A stretch of DNA of 63,846 nt, filler included, from Limisphaerales bacterium (GTDB lineage Bacteria; Verrucomicrobiota; Verrucomicrobiia; Limisphaerales; SIBE01): NCBI GenBank assembly GCA_044225505.1. It is 3 parts of 3 records of this genome, joined end to end, with 100 filler letters (N's around TTAATTAATTAA, not from the genome) between each part and the next. Parts side by side here need not be neighbours in the genome. Positions count along the whole stretch, not along the records: positions 1 to 24,905 come from JBGAIN010000124.1; 2 more parts are not named here. The stretch is one strand, 5' to 3'. Position 1 is the stretch's first letter. Every line of letters starts with the position of its first letter. Below the pieces are notes generated by a model, which saw only the letters and a list, made by a program, of their open reading frames with translations, ran no database searches and was not told the DNA's origin. Below are positions 1 through 8,522 of this stretch, in pieces. The position numbers and the translations under genes are program-made.

Positions 1-548
1 GAATCGGTGCTGTTGATACTGTAGCCCTTGTATTTCAGAGCAGCGCCGATGCAATGGTGGGCGTCGTCCATCAGCAAGAACGGACCGGGTTGCTTGCTCG
101 GGTCGAAGGCCAACCCCCACGTGGGTTCGACCGTTTCCCCCTGCACCTTGCGAATGTATAGCCCGACTGTTCCCCACTGATACGGCACTCCGTATTGGTT
201 TTTCGGATTGAACGGCGGATCCGCAAAGCGCGCATCGATGTTCTTGACGTTGGGAATGTTCTCGTGCCGGAGCGGCGCAAGTAATCCGCGTTTCACCAAT
301 CCTGGCAACGTTTGGTTGCTCGGAACAACCAAGTCATAGGTCGAAGCACCGCCCGCGGACAGCTTTGCCACCATGCTGTCGGACGTTTCGTAAAGGTCGA
401 CCGTGACGTTACAATCGAACTGTCTTTCGAAGTCCGAGATAATTTTGGGGTCAATATACTCACTCCAAATGAAGAGGTGGAGTTGCTGCTTGCTACGTCC
501 GCAACTGGTCGCGAGCAACGCGAGGCAAACGAGTAAGAGGTGTTTCAT
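1..548 (-). CDS. potD: Spermidine/putrescine ABC transporter substrate-binding lipoprotein (PotD/PotF family); 3' end runs off the window
   Basis: Manual translation (absent from the ORF track): MKHLLLVCLALLATSCG (lipobox), LHLFIWSEYIDP, YDLVVPS, VPYQWGTVGL, LMDD...IGAALKYKGYSINSTD; frame open to position 1. Confidence 0.85.
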   Translation of the reverse strand, partial: MKHLLLVCLALLATSCGRSKQQLHLFIWSEYIDPKIISDFERQFDCNVTVDLYETSDSMVAKLSAGGASTYDLVVPSNQTLPGLVKRGLLAPLRHENIPNVKNIDARFADPPFNPKNQYGVPYQWGTVGLYIRKVQGETVEPTWGLAFDPSKQPGPFLLMDDAHHCIGAALKYKGYSINSTD

Positions 549-833
549 GGAATGCAGCGGCAGCTTCAGCATCTCTGGTGATTGGCCGAGGCAGACAGAC
601 CGCCAGCAGGTGCCTGTTCCTGGGCCAGGTCCGCCTCGCGTTGATAGAATTACCGGAGAGAGCCGGAAATTCCAGCGCTTTGATGCTTGCCGTCGTTTGG
701 GGGTCTGGCCTCAGCTCTGGGCCGGTGATGTTTCTCAGGGGCCAGACGCAGTTCCGCGACTCGCTCGCTGCCGACGCGGGCCGGTAACTGGTCCGCCCTT
801 GCGTCCATGGAATGCACTCGGGGGCTAACCCGA

Positions 834-1928
834 TTATTGAGGGAAAGTCGGGCTCGAACTCGTCTGGACTTGTGAGTGACCGTCAGCATATCCGTAGGTC
901 TGCGCCCATAATCCGTGGGGTGTTTGCCAGGCCTTTTTCTCGCGCAGAATCACCGTTCTCGATAGTTGGGTTTTTTCAGACGGCAGCGTGCCCTGATAGA
1001 CGAGTTCGAATGGGTCGCCCGGTTCAGCCCCCCCGTCGAGGGTGGCTGGCACCTGGTTGGTGTGATCAGCCGCAAAGATAATAATATTGCGGAGGTGCTC
1101 GCCTGCTTGCATCAGTCTGTCGCGCTCCATCTGCCTAAACTCGGCAACAGCGTCGGCCTTCGCCTGGAAATGGTGTTTGAGGAAGACGGACGTGCAGAGT
1201 CCAAACCCGATAACGCCGACGGCGGCAATTTTCATTTTTGTGGAAGCCATAAGCAGTGTGATTCCTGTATGAGTCGTTGCGATCGTAGGTGCGCTGAGCG
1301 CCGCGGCGCAGATAGCACTGGCTAACTCGGCCGAGCTAGCCTTGACGCTGGAGCTCACGAGCACCGCGGCTAGGGCGGCAGAAGTCGTTGTGACACCGCG
1401 CGCGGCCAGCATGGAACGAAGCCGTTCTAACGCCCTAGTGACGCGACGCGAGGCGCCACTTTCGCCGAATCCAAGCCGTTCGCCGATTTCGGCCAGGGAG
1501 CGTTGCTCAAAGAACCGCAGGAGCAGCGCATGGCGATCCTTCGGTTTCAGCTGATTCAAAGCTTCATCGATGTGTGGCCAGATTTGCTCCCACGTGGTCG
1601 TTGGGTTTGAGTCCTCCGGTTCCTGCATGCTCATAGCCACTTGCTCACGATTGTGACGACGGCGTTCGGCCCGCAAAACCTCCAGTGCAGTGAAGCAAGT
1701 GTCCCGATGCAGCCAGCCAGCCAGAACGGTTTGCGGCCCCAGTTTGTGGGCCTTGACCGCCAGATTGGCAAAGACCAACTGTGACACATCCTTGGCCAAC
1801 GCCGCATCGCCGTTGAGTCGTCGTAATGCGGTCGAATAGACCAGGCCCAAGTGACGCGTCACGAGTTGTTCAAAGGCCTCTTCTGCGCCGGTCTTTCCGA
1901 AGGTTTGGAGTAATTGCCAGTCGTCCAT
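834..1928 (-). CDS. ECF sigma-70 factor with C-terminal transmembrane/extracytoplasmic extension
   Basis: Region 2 (AFEQLVTRHLGLVYSTALR..DVSQLVF..LAGWLH) and region 4 (ALLLRFFEQRSLAEIGERLG..RALERLR), then an Ala-rich linker, hydrophobic segment and YGYADGH; start placed at MDDWQLL. Confidence 0.88.
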   Translation of the reverse strand: MDDWQLLQTFGKTGAEEAFEQLVTRHLGLVYSTALRRLNGDAALAKDVSQLVFANLAVKAHKLGPQTVLAGWLHRDTCFTALEVLRAERRRHNREQVAMSMQEPEDSNPTTTWEQIWPHIDEALNQLKPKDRHALLLRFFEQRSLAEIGERLGFGESGASRRVTRALERLRSMLAARGVTTTSAALAAVLVSSSVKASSAELASAICAAALSAPTIATTHTGITLLMASTKMKIAAVGVIGFGLCTSVFLKHHFQAKADAVAEFRQMERDRLMQAGEHLRNIIIFAADHTNQVPATLDGGAEPGDPFELVYQGTLPSEKTQLSRTVILREKKAWQTPHGLWAQTYGYADGHSQVQTSSSPTFPQ

Positions 1929-2114
1929 TTCAGCGTTCACGAGGGAGATGCCGCTGATCGCAGATTCTTGACAAATGTTCGAATGCAACCGAATCCAGCC
2001 GGTCGTTTCGCCCGGCGGATTTTTGCGTCGACGTTGCGGCTTGCCTTGGCGCCAGACACTGCTGCCGGGTCTTAGCCTCGCCAGCCGACCTAATGCCGAC
2101 GCCCGAGCGAGGCG

Positions 2115-2987
2115 TTAATTTGGCGGTATCTCCGATGCGTCGAGGGCTCCGTTGCTCACCGGCCCGTCCCAGCGTTTGGAGGAGTTCGGGATCGAGTTGC
2201 CGCTAAACACCGCATAGAATTGGCCCCATACCAGTTGACTGGGCTTGCTCCCGGCGGAATGTCCGTCGACAAACACCGAGTTGACCCTGCGGTTGTGTTT
2301 GCGCATTTGAGATTGGAATCGGAAGTTCTGATTGCCTTTCGGCGCGGTCTGCGCGGGGAAAGAGCCTCCGGCCCAATAGCCGTCCAGCCACGCGGCGTCG
2401 GCTTTCTCATTGCCAATGCCCCCTCCAATCTCTTTCGGATTGTCGGTTCCGTTCACTTCGGTGACGGCAATCACTTCGGACGGCCGCTGGACACTAGCAA
2501 CTTTAAAGGCCCGTGGTTGATTAGCGTCGCCGCCAAAGACACCCAGATAATTGAAGCCATAGGAGAGGAATCCCGTGATGCTCGGATCAAAATCGCCCGG
2601 CTCTGTTTTGTAGGTCAGTCCGCGACGCTTCTTCGGACAAACCCAGACTTTGGGAGCTCCGGTATAATTGGAAAGAGCGCTCGCTGGTGTTCTTTGCCAC
2701 TCGCCGCCACAGGCGAGGCCTCGGGCATTCTTGTAGGGGCCGACGACCCACCATTGGTTGGGGAAAACGTCGAGGTTGTCGTCCGCATACATGGTGAAGG
2801 CGAGGCCAATCTGCTTCGTATTACTTAAGCAAGCGGCGCTCATCCCCTTGTCCTTCGCTTTGCTCAACGCCGGGAGGAGCATTCCAGCCAGGATGGCGAT
2901 GATGGCGATCACAACCAACAGTTCAATCAGGGTAAAACCGCGCTTTTCAAAAAACGGTGCGCTCACACTGGCGGATGAGGGCTTCAT
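2115..2987 (-). CDS. Prepilin-type N-terminal cleavage/methylation protein with H-X9-DG C-terminal motif (DUF1559-like)
   Basis: [26 protein letters not shown]-terminal [13 protein letters not shown]; start placed at MKPSS. Confidence 0.92.
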   Translation of the reverse strand: MKPSSASVSAPFFEKRGFTLIELLVVIAIIAILAGMLLPALSKAKDKGMSAACLSNTKQIGLAFTMYADDNLDVFPNQWWVVGPYKNARGLACGGEWQRTPASALSNYTGAPKVWVCPKKRRGLTYKTEPGDFDPSITGFLSYGFNYLGVFGGDANQPRAFKVASVQRPSEVIAVTEVNGTDNPKEIGGGIGNEKADAAWLDGYWAGGSFPAQTAPKGNQNFRFQSQMRKHNRRVNSVFVDGHSAGSKPSQLVWGQFYAVFSGNSIPNSSKRWDGPVSNGALDASEIPPN

Positions 2988-3170
2988 GAAACCTATGGTG
3001 ACCAGGCGCAGGACGTTTGGCAAGGCTGGGACGGGTGGCACGCGGCGTCCAATCCATGCCCTCGGCGACGGATGGGCCGCTGTTCTCTCCCGACCTTTCA
3101 TGGCCGCCTGATGCAGGGCGGGGAGGGTTTTGGAAAAACGCGTGGTGAGGCCTGGTGGTGCGCCATTCTT

Positions 3171-3246
3171 TGGTACTCCCGCCCAGAATTGAACTGGGAT
3201 CAACGGTTTAGGAAACCGCTGCTCTATCCATTTGAGCTACGGGAGC
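3171..3246 (-). tRNA. tRNA-Arg (anticodon CCT)
   Basis: Reverse complement folds as a cloverleaf: acceptor GCTCCCG/CGGGAGT, D-arm GCTC-AAATGGATA-GAGC, anticodon arm GCGGT-TTCCTAA-ACCGT, T-arm CCCAG-TTCAATT-CTGGG, encoded CCA. Confidence 0.96.
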
Positions 3247-3332
3247 TACCCATCGGCCAGATACGGTAGTAAATCGCGCGGCAAACACCAATCTTTTTGA
3301 CGATCTGGCAAACAGGCGCAAACAACCGTCGC

Positions 3333-3959
3333 TTAGTAGACAATCAGTTCGGTCAGCGGGACGGTTGCCTCGTACTTGCCTAAGATCCGGATTTTTAGTT
3401 TGCCGACGTCGCCTTCGCGTTCCGCGTCCAGGTCAATTGGGGTCGTTTGTGCTCGGTCCATCGCTTTGAGCGGGACGTGCAAGAGCGGCTCTTTCGCCTT
3501 GCCGAAGACCAGGAGTTCCAGAGTGCCAGCGTCGCTCCGCCGCACTGCGAGGGCACATTGGGGCACCGTGGCTTCGTCGCCATCCGCGCGGACGGTGACG
3601 AGCTTGAGATCATTTTGCGACACCACTTCCCCATTTCGCATCGGAGCGAGCTTATGCAGCCACAGTTGGCCGATTGGCACCGGGGATTTTTCAGCTCGCG
3701 CAATGGCGTCCACGGTTAGCTGCTTCTGAGGCAGCACCATGCCTCCATAGTCCTCATCTTTTAGCGCGACAGGCTGATTCACATCGACGTCGGTGGCGAT
3801 CGGAGTCGCGGTCAATTGCTTGGCGTCTGCACCCACGGCTCGGGCATAGCCGAGGGCCTCGTCGCGGGTTAACTTCTCTTGGGCTGACGCGCTGTGCAGC
3901 GCGGATATTAAGGCGAGTGCGAACAGGGTTTTTTGTATCATAGGATGGGGTATTTTCAT
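3333..3959 (-). CDS. Hypothetical secreted protein
   Basis: 208-aa ORF with signal-peptide-like N-terminus (KTLFALALISALHSASAQ); co-oriented downstream of the ECF cluster. Confidence 0.7.
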   Translation of the reverse strand: MKIPHPMIQKTLFALALISALHSASAQEKLTRDEALGYARAVGADAKQLTATPIATDVDVNQPVALKDEDYGGMVLPQKQLTVDAIARAEKSPVPIGQLWLHKLAPMRNGEVVSQNDLKLVTVRADGDEATVPQCALAVRRSDAGTLELLVFGKAKEPLLHVPLKAMDRAQTTPIDLDAEREGDVGKLKIRILGKYEATVPLTELIVY

Positions 3960-4073
3960 GTGGTTAGTCTCTGCATCGTTAACAACGTCGTGAATTCATG
4001 GCTGGTTACAGCTCACCGATCTTTATCGCATCGATGCCTAAGGCTCGGTGTTGAAGCGCAGGTGCACAGCTGC

Positions 4074-4502
4074 TTAGCGCGCGTTGGTTCCCAGCTTCGC
4101 GGGCGACAGGTGCAAGACGTCGAGCGTCACCTCGGACGGTTTCGGCTTCATCGCTTCAAAGGCCTGGCGCTGCTCCGGAGTCAATTCCCGCTCCACGTCA
4201 GCAATCAGGCGCCAAATGACGTTGGTGCTGCGAGCGATCGTATCGAGTCGAATGGCTTGGAGCTCACGCACCGCGGCATCGAAATAGCCTTGGAGTTTTG
4301 CACCTTGGGCCGGAGTGGGTCGAACGATGCGATCGAATTCACGGGTGACATGCTCGTTCCAGGTCTCGGGGTTATTGCGGGCCTCCAGATCTCGTCGCGC
4401 CAGACGATGCCCAATCAGTCCGCCGGATAGGGCGGTCGCGGCCAAAATTCCGAAGATACAGAAGAGCACCTTGGGCGAGTGGAGTGGATTCATAGCGACC
4501 AT
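4074..4502 (-). CDS. Membrane-anchored helical protein (Spy/CpxP-like), third gene of an ECF sigma cluster
   Basis: N-terminal TM segment; PTPAQ and LTPEQ repeats; overlaps the upstream gene. Confidence 0.65.
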   Translation of the reverse strand: MVAMNPLHSPKVLFCIFGILAATALSGGLIGHRLARRDLEARNNPETWNEHVTREFDRIVRPTPAQGAKLQGYFDAAVRELQAIRLDTIARSTNVIWRLIADVERELTPEQRQAFEAMKPKPSEVTLDVLHLSPAKLGTNAR

Positions 4503-4780
4503 ACCAATTGAGCGACGGTGTTTTCAATGCTCGGCTCGAGTGAACGCGAGTTGCGCCAGTGCGGTCCTTCCAAGCCCCAACAGAGGACGAGAACCGAGAC
4601 CGCGCCAATCAATGCGCGCAAGGCCAAGCGATCCCAGGCCAAGTCCGTTGGCTGCGTGGGAAGAGCCACTACTCGTGCCGCGAGCCGGGTGGAGAACCCG
4701 AAAGGCGCCCGGTCATCCCGGCCGGCGGCTGCACGGGCCCGGGCGGCGGCTTTCTGCCATCTGGTATTAAATCCTTTCAT
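4490..4780 (-). CDS. Putative membrane anti-sigma factor
   Basis: Small ORF overlapping the ECF sigma gene; APFGFSTRLAAR motif followed by a single TM helix. Confidence 0.65.
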   Translation of the reverse strand: MKGFNTRWQKAAARARAAAGRDDRAPFGFSTRLAARVVALPTQPTDLAWDRLALRALIGAVSVLVLCWGLEGPHWRNSRSLEPSIENTVAQLVWSL

Positions 4781-5369
4781 ACGGATGTTCTTTCTTGAAG
4801 GCCTCAGCGAGCTTTCGCAGTTTTGCCCTGGCGCGAAACGCCTGGATCTTCACACGCGGGACGCTCCAGCCTGTCAACTGGGCAATTTCTTTGACGGACT
4901 TCCCTTGCAGATCGAGCAAATGAATGGCCAAGCGATCATTGGGAGGCAGCTGTGCGAGAAGGGCTTCGAGCAACTCGCGCAGCGGTCCGGGACTACTCTC
5001 GGGTGTCGGGCTCTCGTCCGTTACCATAAATTCCAGCCACGCGGATTGCTCTTCGGAAAGGTCGCTCCATCGCAACTCGGGGCGGCGTTTCTCAAAGCGC
5101 AGCGCATCCAGGCAGGTTCTCACCGCCAGGCGTGACACCCAATGTTCAAATGGAATGCCGCTTTGAGTCTGGTAACGATCGAGTCGCGAAAAAAGTTTCA
5201 CGAAAACCTCCTGGGCCAAATCTTCCTCGGCCGTGCGCACGGGCAGATGACTTCGCACGATGCGGATTACCAAAGGATAGAGACGTTCGATCAGGGCGCG
5301 GGCTGCGTCCTGGTCGTGCTCCCGCACTCGCTGCAGGCTCTCGGCGAGGTCGGTATCGGCGTCGATCAT
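4767..5369 (-). CDS. ECF RNA polymerase sigma-70 factor
   Basis: AEEDLAQEVFVKLF, FEHWVSRLAVRTCLD, GKSVKEIAQLTGWS..VKIQAFRAR. Confidence 0.92.
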   Translation of the reverse strand: MIDADTDLAESLQRVREHDQDAARALIERLYPLVIRIVRSHLPVRTAEEDLAQEVFVKLFSRLDRYQTQSGIPFEHWVSRLAVRTCLDALRFEKRRPELRWSDLSEEQSAWLEFMVTDESPTPESSPGPLRELLEALLAQLPPNDRLAIHLLDLQGKSVKEIAQLTGWSVPRVKIQAFRARAKLRKLAEAFKKEHPYERI

Positions 5370-5510
5370 GATTCATGCATGACGAGTAGACCAATATGCC
5401 TAACGCCGGCGTCGAGGCCTTGGTTACATCCTTGCCGTGCGGGGTAACCTTGGAGTGAAGACTCCCAGAACTGGCATTTGGTTCCCACCCGTCGATGCCG
5501 CCCTGCCAAA

Positions 5511-6308
5511 TCAGCGAGAAACCGGGGTTGAAGTTTGAACCTTCGAGCCCGCGGCCCAGGCGCAGCCGCGTCGCAGGAGTTCTGGCACTGCCGAATTAGT
5601 GATGGCACGAACATCGTGGCCCAGCACGGTGTGAAATACCCGTCCCTTCCCATAATTGAGGACGAAGGCCATTGGGTAGTCCAATTGATCGACCTTAGAT
5701 CGCGCCGTGGCCAGAATCCGAATCACCGCGTCGCCTTTGAGACACGTATACAGTTCGTCGGTCGTGTCAAAGGGTGACAAACCTTGGGTGATCGGATGGT
5801 CTCGATCCGCGATTTGGACTTGGAACGTTCCGTGCGGGTCGTGTGGGCGAGCTTTTGGATCATAGACCCGGCCGACGAGTTTCCCGAACTCCGGCCAGTC
5901 CTGCCACGCTCCGCACGCAAAATGGAGTAGCACAAGGCCTTTGCCTCCATCGACGAAACGGCGTAGGGCTTCCCGGGCGTCAGCTCCTGGGGACGGAGAT
6001 TCCCAATTCATAAAATGGAGCACCACGGCATCGAATGCTTCAAGGTCGATCGCGCTCAACGAGCCGGGATCTTCGGTGACCTGGACTTGAAGCCGCTGAT
6101 CCTTTTCCAAGATCGCCTTGAGGGCAGGGGCCGTTTCGCGCCAGTGATGGCCGGGATAGTCAATTCCCGTGACCAAGAGCACTCGAGCAGGGCGCACTAC
6201 AGCGGAAGAACTCGATTCCGGTGCAGCTGCTTGGACGGTCGGGAGCGACTGGCTTCCCGCGGCGACGAGAATCAGGCCTTGAACCAAGGCCAGGAGCGCG
6301 CGTTGCAT
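5511..6308 (-). CDS. ThuA-like (class I glutamine amidotransferase fold) secreted protein
   Basis: VLLVTG..YPGHHW, FVDGGKGLVLLH, DELY, YGKGRVFHTVLGHD; signal peptide; start uncertain (6308 or 6380). Confidence 0.85.
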   Translation of the reverse strand: MQRALLALVQGLILVAAGSQSLPTVQAAAPESSSSAVVRPARVLLVTGIDYPGHHWRETAPALKAILEKDQRLQVQVTEDPGSLSAIDLEAFDAVVLHFMNWESPSPGADAREALRRFVDGGKGLVLLHFACGAWQDWPEFGKLVGRVYDPKARPHDPHGTFQVQIADRDHPITQGLSPFDTTDELYTCLKGDAVIRILATARSKVDQLDYPMAFVLNYGKGRVFHTVLGHDVRAITNSAVPELLRRGCAWAAGSKVQTSTPVSR

Positions 6309-6468
6309 AAGATGTTGGGAGATAAGTTTGTAAATACCGGCAGGGCGTCCGGTCGATTGAACCGGAACGTCCGGCTGCAAGGTTGACGATAAGTTATCCG
6401 GTCCATCCTGGAAACAATAATTAGGGGGCAGAATTCACATCGCTGCGGATTCGGCTTCGGGCTGGATA

Positions 6469-6591
6469 CGCTCTTGATATGCTTATAACAGGGATATAAC
6501 ACGGATATAACAGGGAAATAACACGGCTAAGATCCGAGGTAAAACCAGGTAAAAGCCCTGTCTATTCCTTGTTAGTAAGCTCGGAAGAGCG
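6469..6591. repeat. 123-bp dyad-symmetric element, copy 1 (16 + 4x11 + 3 + inverted 4x11 + 16)
   Basis: CGCTCTTGATATGCTT + ATAACAGGGAT ATAACACGGAT ATAACAGGGAA ATAACACGGCT + AAG + four degenerate inverted units + TAAGCTCGGAAGAGCG. Confidence 0.85.
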
Positions 6592-6673
6592 CCGGGAATT
6601 CACCCGACCTCAGGCTCCGATGCGGGACACGCCTTGACCCAGCACGTCGAGCCCGCCAAGGTAAACTCTCACC

Positions 6674-7654
6674 ATGCACCGTCGCCGATTTATCGGGCTT
6701 ACCCTTGGCACCGGGGCGGCCGCTGCCTTTGCGGGCAAGCGGATGTTATCGGGATACCAGCGCATCGAACGAACTTCCTGGGCCCTGGGATCCAACGTGA
6801 CGATCACAGCCTGCCATCCAGATGCCCGGTCTGCGGAACGGGCGATAAATACCGCATTTCTCGAGCTAGATCGCTTGGAGGACGTTCTCAGCCTCTACCG
6901 ACCTCACAGCCAGATCTCTGCTCTGAATCGAGACGGAATACTCGACAACCCGGACGCAGATCTGGTGGCTGTTCTCACCAGCGCGTTGGCTTGGTCGCAT
7001 GCCACCAACGGTGCCTTTGACCCGACCGTGCAGCCGCTCTGGCCGTTGTACGCGACCGGTAAGCCGCCTGACCTCGAAATTCTCGAATCCACGCGGCGAC
7101 GGATCGGATGGCAGAGAGTCGAGTTGTCGCCGGGACGAGTCCGGCTCGGGCCAAATCAGGCCATTACGCTCAACGGGATCGCCCAAGGGTTCGCCGCCGA
7201 TCGAGTCTGCGACGTCTTGCGCGCGCACGGGATTGAGCACGCGCTGGTCAATACCGGCGAGTTCGGCCCAATCGGAACCAAGCCGAACGGAGATCCATGG
7301 AAGTTGGGAATCCAACATCCGCGCACTCGCGACGCGTTGGTTGCTTTGACCGCGTTGGACGGCCGCTTCCTGGCGACGTCTGGCGATTATGAAACGGCTT
7401 TCTGCGATGATTTCACAAGGCACCATATCTTTGACCCGGCATCGGGCCGATCTCCGACCACGTTGTCTAGCGTATCGGTATTAGCCCCGAGTGGGATCGA
7501 GGCAGACGCCCTCTCGACGGCGATCTTTGTTCTCGGGCCTGAGCGGGGCCTCGAGTTGGCCGCATCTCGGGAGCGGGTCGATGTCCTGTTAGTCCTGCGC
7601 AGTTTGGAGACGCGGATGACAGCTGGATTTCCTCGAACGCCTGGGCCGAACTGA
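6674..7654 (+). CDS. apbE: FAD:protein FMN transferase (ApbE family)
   Basis: GAFDPTV, NGIAQGFAAD, ATSGDY, HHIFDP.SG, ADALSTA; twin-arginine-like N-terminus RRRFIG. Confidence 0.92.
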   Translation: MHRRRFIGLTLGTGAAAAFAGKRMLSGYQRIERTSWALGSNVTITACHPDARSAERAINTAFLELDRLEDVLSLYRPHSQISALNRDGILDNPDADLVAVLTSALAWSHATNGAFDPTVQPLWPLYATGKPPDLEILESTRRRIGWQRVELSPGRVRLGPNQAITLNGIAQGFAADRVCDVLRAHGIEHALVNTGEFGPIGTKPNGDPWKLGIQHPRTRDALVALTALDGRFLATSGDYETAFCDDFTRHHIFDPASGRSPTTLSSVSVLAPSGIEADALSTAIFVLGPERGLELAASRERVDVLLVLRSLETRMTAGFPRTPGPN

Positions 7655-7776
7655 GCGCTTCCTATGGGACAGAGGAACGCTGCTCCAGTGCCGGGCGAGG
7701 CTCGTTGGACACTCCGCCGAATCCATGGCAAGCTCCCGGACGCTGGCCGAAGGTATCGGCACGATAAACGAATTTT

Positions 7777-8193
7777 ATGAAATTTCCGAGAAGCGGTTTC
7801 GATCAGGTGGGGGGAATCTGTTATCTGCCTCGAATGCTGGACAAGATCCGCTTGCACAGGTCGGGGGAATTGCCGGCGGACTATCGCGCGAACTTAGGTC
7901 AAGGGATGGACGGGCGATGCTGCCGCTACCTGCACGTCCAGTACGAAGCGTTGGTTACCCAAGTTCACAAAGGCGGGTCTGATGACGAGGTGCTGCAATG
8001 GATCCAATCCGCTGGCCGTAAGTTGAATGAAGTCGAGATCATGGTTTGGAACGGATTCACGACGAAGCGCGGTTGGAACGACGAAGCGAGCCAGGTGTTG
8101 GAGGAGCAAAAGCAAAGCGGCGGTTTGGGGCATCGGACGGATATTCGTACGTTTTTTGAGTATTTTGAAGTGGACGAAAAGCGAAAGACTTAA
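7777..8193 (+). CDS. DUF5069-like protein
   Basis: PRS..VGGICYLPRMLDKIRL...G.LPADY..NLGQGMD pattern recognised for this family. Confidence 0.75.
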   Translation: MKFPRSGFDQVGGICYLPRMLDKIRLHRSGELPADYRANLGQGMDGRCCRYLHVQYEALVTQVHKGGSDDEVLQWIQSAGRKLNEVEIMVWNGFTTKRGWNDEASQVLEEQKQSGGLGHRTDIRTFFEYFEVDEKRKT

Positions 8194-8522
8194 GTTCGGG
8201 CTCGGTTTCCCCGGCTAATCGCCTGTGACAACCCTATGGTCTGGTCGATTGGTTTGTCTGGCCGCGGACCGGGATGTCACCAGTTCTGGGGACTGGTCGT
8301 CGCCGAGAAATTCGGCATACTCAAGCTCGTTAGTACGACGCAAAACGCGGTGTTCTGTGTGTGAAGAATGCGTGGTCCGCGGCGCAGCGTCGGTAAAGCG
8401 ACTTTGTTCTAGGAAACGGCCGGATGCAAATCCGGCCATTTTCTTTTGTGTTGGCCCTTCTTGATTTCCCAGCCCACGAAGGTTGCGCTTGCCATTTCGC
8501 ACGACTGACGGGAAAAGAGGAC

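Noticed and set aside
3171..3246. tRNA-Arg as an integration site for an island
   Set aside because: No integrase and no duplicated tRNA 3' end seen in the window.
6485..6528. 11-bp tandem units as a CRISPR array
   Set aside because: Units are contiguous and only 11 bp, with no spacers and no cas genes in the window.
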